Under the pieces are notes generated by a model. The model saw nothing but the letters and a program-made list of their open reading frames with translations. It did not search any database and was not told the origin of the DNA. Shown here in pieces: positions 51,301 through 60,300 of a DNA stretch of 64,000 nucleotides (positions within the stretch are counted from its first letter, which is position 1; every line of letters begins with the position of its first letter). The DNA comes from Rhina ancylostomus. Taxonomy: Eukaryota. A program made the position numbers and the translations under genes. Location of the stretch: the NCBI GenBank assembly GCA_030265395.1, contig JARFYF010000051.1, positions 29,766,835-29,830,834 of the forward strand, read 5' to 3'.

Positions 51301-54300
51301 NNNNNNNNNNNNNNNNNNNNNNNNNNNNNNNNNNNNNNNNNNNNNNNNNNNNNNNNNNNNNNNNNNNNNNNNNNNNNNNNNNNNNNNNNNNNNNNNNNNN
51401 NNNNNNNNNNNNNNNNNNNNNNNNNNNNNNNNNNNNNNNNNNNNNNNNNNNNNNNNNNNNNNNNNNNNNNNNNNNNNNNNNNNNNNNNNNNNNNNNNNNN
51501 NNNNNNNNNNNNNNNNNNNNNNNNNNNNCTGGGCACCAGGCTCCCAGTAGAGGACTGCATCCAAGCCCATGTTGATATAAGCAGCGAACAAGTGATTTGG
51601 GGACAATGGAAAGTTTATCCCATCATGTTACCTCACGTAATACAGGTAAAATAAACTGGGTCATTTTGTTCCAATTTGGCTTTATTTGGTTTTCTGTCTC
51701 CATTATGCACTTATTAAGGAAGAACAGTTTAGTTATTTCAGATTGCTATTTATCTGAGCCATCTACAGGACACAGAATACCCCTGTTCCTATTGCATTCC
51801 GTTTTCCTGCTATTCTTTTCCAAGATTTAGTCCCTGAATTTCTTTCACTTCACTCTTTCCTTATAGTCTCTTCTAAATAATGTTCATTTTCAGTTATTCT
51901 AGCAAGTTATACTTAAATGTTGGATCCTTTTCAGATATTATTCAGCTTTCAGCTCCAATTGATTAGTTTTTTCAGACGATTCAAAATTCTGACTGAAAAC
52001 AGTTACAGCAAAGTGACCAGGTCAGATTTTAAGATATATGTGTAATAATGCAGAGGCAGGAATTGTGGCTGATGGGACGAAAGGGACATTTATGCCTTAA
52101 TGTACTGAATTCTCTGCAAATGAAAGTTAAGAAGGAAAATGAAATTATTTGACCAGTTTGGTTCAAAATATACACTATCTTAAAAGACATCTCATGAACA
52201 TTGTAAAGTATCACAAGGAAGATTCTGTTCAAAATTACCATTTTCAGAGCTAACACAGGTAGGATTCACTTTTGGCGAAGGACATTCTTCACTGACTTTC
52301 CATGAATCACTGAAAGCAACGTATGTGTACTCCTGAATGCCTTGTGCAGACAGAAAGTCGTCATCTGCATTGTCATTGAAGGTGCCACACAAACCTGGGG
52401 AAAAGTACAGTTCAGGTCATCACAAGAGAGCAGTTAAATTTTTATGTAACTTCCTCTTCAGGATGAATGAAACTATTTCATTAGTAATGAACAATTAATT
52501 ATTATGTTACGAAACTATATTTTATTTTATTTAAACAGACAACATTAACCTAATCTTTTCATTGGTAGATTGGCAGAATCAAACGTAAGGCTGATTTTGT
52601 ACCCTGCCGGAATTTACTCTCCAGCAAAGTAAGTGGGACTTATTATTGGGAAGCAAAGCTGTTGACTGTCCAATCTTGTCAGTATTCCGAAATGTAGGTT
52701 GTGCTAAAATTATTCTGCAGAGGTTTGAGGGAATCTTCATTATAGTTTTTACTCTTTGGGATCAACTCACCTCACAAAATGTATCAAAAATATAAGCAAT
52801 TCAGAGATTCCATTTCAGAGACTGGAAATTAGCTTTTTCAAGTGGCTTAATGTGGTTCTAGAAATAATTTTATAAAAGGAACTAACCCATGGACTGTGAA
52901 CAGTGGCACTGCTGTGCAAGGTCAAATTATTTTTGCTGAATACACATGCTTGGTTATGTCAACAGGAGCAAAATCAACTCAATATTAGAGTAGCCTTTAA
53001 TAGACCTGATGTATGGATTGGAATTTTTAATTTTGAAGCTGTTCTGGTACTTCAAAATTTCAATGGTAAACACAACTGATGAAAAAATATCAAATCTTAT
53101 TTTCTTATATTCTGGAGTTTTCCGGTAGGACATACTATCACATGGATACATTGATGTTGCTCTAGTATCCTACTCATGTTTAATATAAATATTATATCAT
53201 AGATATAAATATCATAGTTAAAATGTTTCCTTCCTTCAATCTGTGAAGCTCAAAGAAGGACACTAATAAAGAGACGAGTGAGTTGATGAAGAATGTGATT
53301 GGTACATTGCTTCATTTAGCTATATAGGACTACCATGAAACAGATTCTGAAACAGTCCAGTGGTCTTTTTTTTAACAGTGAATGTCTTTAGCTCCAGCAG
53401 TCACATCTGACAACACCCTGCTCACAATCAATGCATTGTTGTTTTCTCGGAAGGACCTAATTAGTTGTACCTTTTGTGGTTCCTTGTGCACCTTTGGGCA
53501 GTGACATGTAAAGCTGCATGATGGGAGATATCAGTATCTGCATCGTCAGCCCAGATTTGGTGTGCACTTGAATGTACTGTGATGACTGTTGAAATATCAT
53601 TATTTCACCTGCAATAAAAGATTAACAAGTCAACTGCACTTTCATCATCTGTTTTGTTGCTTGGTAGATCGACTGATTGATTGAAAGCTATTTACCATTT
53701 CCTAGAGGCATCCCCATTACATTCCCATTATGTTGAATGATGCCTTGATTATTGATTGAGTAGGAGTTCTAGAATGGAAAAATACATGTTATGTGTTTTT
53801 AAAAACTGGAATAGAAAATGTGTTAATGAAAACCACAAAATCGTACCTGATATTTTATGTATGTAATTCGTTGTAAACATGTCTGTCTATATGCTGTTTG
53901 GCATGGATGCATTTCAATTTTCACTGACCAGTCTTTTGTCTGTGAAGAACAATTTGAAATGCAAAACTCAGAAGTATATTCAATATATAAGATGGATAAT
54001 AGATGCAAAATGCATCTTTGAAAAAGTAAGTAACAATAATTAGAATCAACTGATGCAGCAAAAGCTCACGTACAACAATTGCATAGTACGAGCAATCTCC
54101 AATCAAGTTATAGCATATGCCATCAAATGTTGTGATATGAGTTCCTTCTTCAATTTTGCATATTTTAGGGCAGTTGAGATTGGTACAGTTCCACATTCCA
54201 CCTTGGCAGGTGCTAAAAACATAGGGAAACATATTTATAGCAAAGTATTTCTGCTAAAAGCATTTGAGCATTTATTTATTGATAATTATATGATTTGAAC

Positions 54301-57300
54301 CAATACCATGATCGGCAGAAGGAATTTAGTGTTTCTCCAGAATTATAAATTCTTCCACCATATTCACAAGGACAATCCATCGAGCTGATGCATCTGTCAC
54401 CTCCTCTGATGTTATCAAGGACAGTACCTGAAGAACAATGAAATAAATGCCTAAGTATATCTGTTCAATCAAACAAAAACAAAGCCTGCAACTTCCACCC
54501 AAAAATTAGGAAAGGTTTGTGGAAAGCAATTAGACTTTCCAGTAGAAGTGATTTACCTCCAGGTACATGCAGAACAGGATTACAATTTAATTGAATTTAC
54601 AATAATAGAGAAAAATTAATAAGCCTACTGTAGGAATACATACTCCATACCTGTTCCTAAACTTCTTAATGCTATTTCCATTCCTAATATCTAATGTTGG
54701 CTTTTACAAAAGTGAACAGAATGTAGACAACCATTTAATCTTGGTTAAACAAGTGCATAATGTCTTTACAGAGGAAAGAAAAATGAAAAATAAAAGCAGG
54801 AATGTCCAGGGACAAACAGGAGATTGATTCAGAGTTTTTCACCTTGTCATACTTTTTATAAAAAATAGTATTTCTATTCCAAAAGAAATGTCAGTTTAAG
54901 AAAAGGTACTGGTACAATCACTGAGTAATATTTTGTAAATTGTATTTTAACAGTACGTTAACCTGCCAATAAAGATCAAGCATAATTACCTTTTGGACAA
55001 AAGCATGTATTCACACACTGATCACATTGCTGTTGAGAATTTGGATCGGTGCAGGTTGACATACAAGCAGGACCACAGTCTAGGTAAACCTGATTCCCTG
55101 GACATGTGGGCTGTGCTGAAAAGGAAAAGTTATTGATTTTACAATTTCAATTGCACAGTATTGTTATGCAGCAAAAGATAATTCCAAAAAACCTGGTTTA
55201 CTGCTAGAAATTGAAAAGGCACAGTATTCTGTTAAGTTTTAAAAGACTATGGTTCAAGTTCTGGCTAACCACCACAAAAATAACTTACTGCAGTGGACAG
55301 TGTCCCTCCATGTGTTCCATATTAATGGATCTACATGCACGCANNNNNNNNNNNNNNNNNNNNNNNNNNNNNNNNNNNNNNNNNNNNNNNNNNNNNGAGC
55401 ACAAACATCCTTCCGACACATCTCCACATATTTTTTGTTGATGGCAGCAGAAGAGCACTTTGCAAAAAGCTCTGAGATTTTTGAACAGATCTGAACAAAC
55501 AGACGAATGAGAGAATAACAATTTAATGAACAAAATTTCAAAACAGGTTTCTTGAGCTGCAGTAAACAAGAGCAAAATTATTGATTTTTCTAAAATCAGT
55601 CTTCTTCACAGAGCATACAGCGGGCAAACAAATAATGGTGATTATTAATCAGCAGCAAGATTGCCAGCCTATGCATTATGAATTTTATTGCCTCAGAACT
55701 GGAAAGGAGAGAGGATGGGTGGTGAGGCTGAAAGGGTGAAGAGAGGAGGGCTAAATTACTTGAAATAAAATGGGCAGTTTAAATGCAATCTACTTTTGCA
55801 CAATTAATCTGTGCCTGTGAACTCTGGCAGAGGATGTGAAAATAGTTCATGTTACCTACTCAGTAACATAGAATGATAGAAACGTACTGCTCAGAAATGG
55901 GCTTTTATGCTGACTGTGATGCCAATCTACTTAGTCCCATTTTCCTCCATTAGCCCTGTATCCCTGTACTCCTTTCCTATCCAAATACCTGTCCAAATGC
56001 CTTTTAAACATTGTAATAGTATCTGCCTCTACTACATCCTGACAACTCATTCCAAATGGTTAAAACTCTGTGTGAAAAACTTACTCCTCAGATCTCCATG
56101 TTAGTAGCAGTTAGTTCTAACTGTGCCATTTGTTGCCAGAGTTTCAGAGTGGCTAAATTATGCTAATTGAAGTCAAACTTGTAACATATGAAAGGCAGAG
56201 CATATAAAGGGCAGATTCTTTGTGGCTACAAATGATGTGGAAGTCATGCTAGAACCAAGTGGTGGGCAAGAGTGGACATTCAGATTTTTCAGATTTTGCA
56301 CTGAAGACTGATGGAGTTTGATAGTGGTAATATGATGGATCTTAATTAACAAATATTGTATGGGATAATGGCAGAATAAAAGCAAAGGTGTGGAGGATTT
56401 CTGAAATGTGCTCAAGAGTAGTTCCTGCACCGGCAAGTTATCAGGCCTTATAAGGAAGAAGTATTGCTGGATCTGGTACTGGGGAATGAGATGAGACATG
56501 GGTCATTTGGTGATTTCTTGGATTAGAGTATTAATATATCAAGAGGTTTAGATTTGCACTTGATAAGAACAATCTAAATTCAAATTTTTGAATTGAAAGA
56601 GGATCGAATTCAATGGGATTTGAGGAAATCTAATCAGAATAAAATGGAATCAATCATCAGGGAAAACAGTAATGGCATATGGGTAACCTTTAAGGAGGAA
56701 ATGCTTCAGATCAAGCCAGGTGAATTTCCACAGGAAGGAAAAGTAGGAGAACCAAAGCCAGGGCTCCTTGAATGATGAGGTGGATACAGACTGTGATGAA
56801 GTAAGAAAAGGGTTTATAAAGCATTGGCAGTTGATTCATCAATGAAAACCAGGCAACATATAGCAGAGAAGTGAAAAAGAAAATAAGGTTGGCAAAGAGA
56901 GAGTATGAAAGTAAAATGGCAGCTAATGTAAAAGGAAACTTCAAGATCTTTTACTGGCATCTAAACAGTAAACTAGTACAAAGAGGTTGGATGGGGCCTG
57001 ACAGGGATAACAAATACAATATATCCTTAGAGATACAGAACAAGATTAGAGTACTTAGTAAGTGCTTTGAATCAGTGTTTACAAAGGAAGAGGATGAAGT
57101 CAAAATATTGGTACAATGGAATATGATAAAGGTAATTAATGGGGGTGATAAAATTTACATAATGCAATGATTGTCACGAAGTGAGGTTCAAGAAGACTAG
57201 TGTTTTTTTTAAATTAGTGATTTAATGAGCTGCACTTCATGAAATACTCCCAGTGCTATGCAACTTACTTGAGCTGATGCACACCCAGTTTCTTCTGAGA

Positions 57301-60300
57301 AGGTGGTGGTGCAAGCCTTATTCCAAGTATCCAATTTGTACTGTCGGGTAAAATCCAAATCTACAGCAAAGCCAAAGACAAAATTAACAACCTTTTCGTT
57401 CATTGATTGCTTCCATAATACCTTCAATATTTTTGAATGACCAAGTATCTGGAGAAAGATTAAGATTTATTTAGTATGGAGAACATTTATCTATTTTTAC
57501 CATAAGTTGTTGAGATACTTCCATCAAAGGGTCCACAGAGTCCACATAATAGTCCTTTGTATTGAGCATCAACGGTTATCTGAAAATTAAAGAACATAGC
57601 AAATTAAAGAGTAAGTAAATGGGAACAGAAGTGGGATGCAAGGCCCCTTGAGCCTGCTTGGCCATTCATTTACATGCCGGCCATTTTGCTGCCTGTTTAC
57701 CAAATTCTCTTATTCCTTTGATATCCAAAACTCTTTCAGTTTTGAATATACTCAACTATTGAGCATCCACTGATATCTTAGGTCAAATATTTCAAAAATC
57801 TGCACAGAGAAATTACTGCTCATATCAGTCCTCAATGGCTGACCTCTTAATCTGAAATTGTGTCCTTAAATTTTAGGCTCTCCAGCTAGCAAAGAGTTTC
57901 TCAGCACTTACCATGAAAATCTATCTTGGATTCCTCTATGCCTCAATATCATCTGTCATTCCACTAAACTGTAATGAAGACAAGCCAGTCTCAATAAATT
58001 CTCACAGGATAACCTCTTCAATCCAGGAATCAGTTCAATGAAGTGAGTGAATCTACAGTGGACTGGTCCCAAGCTAGAGAGATTCCAATCATACATTCTA
58101 CTTCTGTACAATTTTAGCAAAACNNNNNNNNNNNNNNNNNNNNNNNNNNNNNNNNNNNNNNNNNNNNNGAAAACCAATCATGCTGTACTTGCTGTATATT
58201 TTCTACCTCTTGTAAAACAGTATTTCAGGATACCTCTACACACTGGCATTTTCTTATTTCTTGTCATTTAAAAAATATTCTGCTTTTCTGTTCTTCCTTT
58301 CAACCTGCATAGTTTCACATTTATCCACATTATGCTCCAATTGTTCTCTTTGGCCATTACCTATATTAGCTTGCTTACTTTTTAATGTCCTCACAACTTA
58401 CCTTACCACTGAGTTTGGTAACATAAGTGTACAGATATGTTTCTCTGTGTCTTTTCTTTTAAGCTATTAATTCATAATAGCCTAGTTTTGATCCCCATGG
58501 TATGTCAGCTGTAGCAGAACTGCCAGAATGATTTGATCCACCATAGCAAATATGCAAGAGTCTTTATTTGAGTTTAAATCTCAAGTTTCTAATCATCATC
58601 TTTCTTGAATTGCATACAGAATCCTTTTGTATTATATCACTTTAAGTATAAAAAACAAACAGAAAAGACTGCATGGTTTAGTAAACTTATTTCCAAAGAA
58701 TGAATTAAGGATTCCTTGGAAATTTATCTGCTTCCTTAGAATTAATTAAGGATTCTCTGGAAATTTATCTGAAAAACTCTCCCTCTGCTACCCTTTGAGA
58801 AGAGAATTCTAAAAACTGATGATCCTCTAAGAGAAAAAAAAATCACTCATTTCTATCTCCAGTGTATGACCTGCAGTTCTAGATAATCCTTTGATAGATG
58901 AGGATGGGATCTCCTCATCCACCATGTCAAGACCCTTAAGGATCTTATGGATTTTAATCATGTCCCCTCTTAGACTTCTAAACTTCAGCTGATACAAGCA
59001 TAACTTGTCCAATCTTTTCTCATAAGGCATCCTGCTCTTGCCTGGTATTAGTCTAGTGAACCTTCTCCAATGCACTAACAACCTTCCTTAAGTAAGACCA
59101 ATATAGTACACCGTGCTTCACATGTTCTCACCAATGCTCAAATTAACTGAAGCATAGCTTCTGTCTTTGGTATTTAATTCCCCTCTCAATAAATCATAGC
59201 CATTTTGCTGACTTTCCTATGAACAAGTTACAACTGTTCTTTAAAAAATTCAATAAAATTCAACAAAAGGATCACTCTGATTACGGTGTCAGTGACGAAG
59301 AAAACACACAGGTATGAATTTAAATTAAACTTAACCATCATCAAAACCTATCGACTCTTCATTAAGATTGAAAAGCACACACTTCAAACATTCTTACCGA
59401 CAATGCATCTTTGTAATTCCAGAGCAGAGATATAGTATGCTTCCTGTTTCTAAGGCGTACGTGAACTCCGTATTCCTGAATATTAATTACTTTGTCATCA
59501 TATGGCAAGGAAACTCTGTGGAGAAAAACAATAATGAATGAAAAAGTTGAGATCCAAAATGTTGATCTCAATCAAAATGTTAATATATTGTGCAACAGAG
59601 TTATTTTGAGCAGTGTTAGGTTCGTAGTTATACTGAAATCTTTACGTGGTACAAGGGAGTAAATATAGCAAATTTTAAATCATTCTCGTTCAAATACCCA
59701 TAAAAGAATTTCCACCTTGAGCTGTTCTGTGAAAAAGAATTGGCCATCATGATGATATATGTCTGTCTAAAAGTAAGAGACTCAAAATTCCTGGAATCAC
59801 AGGGGGAAGAGAGCAAGGGCATTGTGGTGTTCCAGTCTGGGATGGATGGCTGAAATATGGGACAGTATCAGGTCCTACCAAGCTTCACCCATTTAGGTGC
59901 TCAGCAGATGCTATTCAGTTCTATAAAGGCACATTTTATAATTAATAGTAACCTTCATTTGTCAGACTTACAGTTTGTTGTTAACCTTGATTGTACCATT
60001 CATCACAACGATCATATCACCTTCAATTTTCACGAAAATATGCTCCAAGTTGCCATCTGAACCATGACGAATCTCCACGTTAAATTCTTCTGTGCCACCA
60101 AGGCACTGGCGACTCAGAATATAATTGCATGTTGAAGTAAAATGATAAAATTCATCGGTGTAGGTCCTGACTGCCCCTTGACCCCATATACTGCAGGTAT
60201 CTGAAGAAATATAAAGAAAACAATCCCCTCCATTACAACAGCTCTTTGAACACAATCTTTAGATTACCTTGGTATTGTTTGCAAGATAAATGGATAAAGT

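Noticed and set aside
58702-58771. Near-perfect 29-bp direct duplication (aattaaggatt..tggaaatttatctg)
   Set aside because: Local duplication at a CR1 edge with no sign of function.
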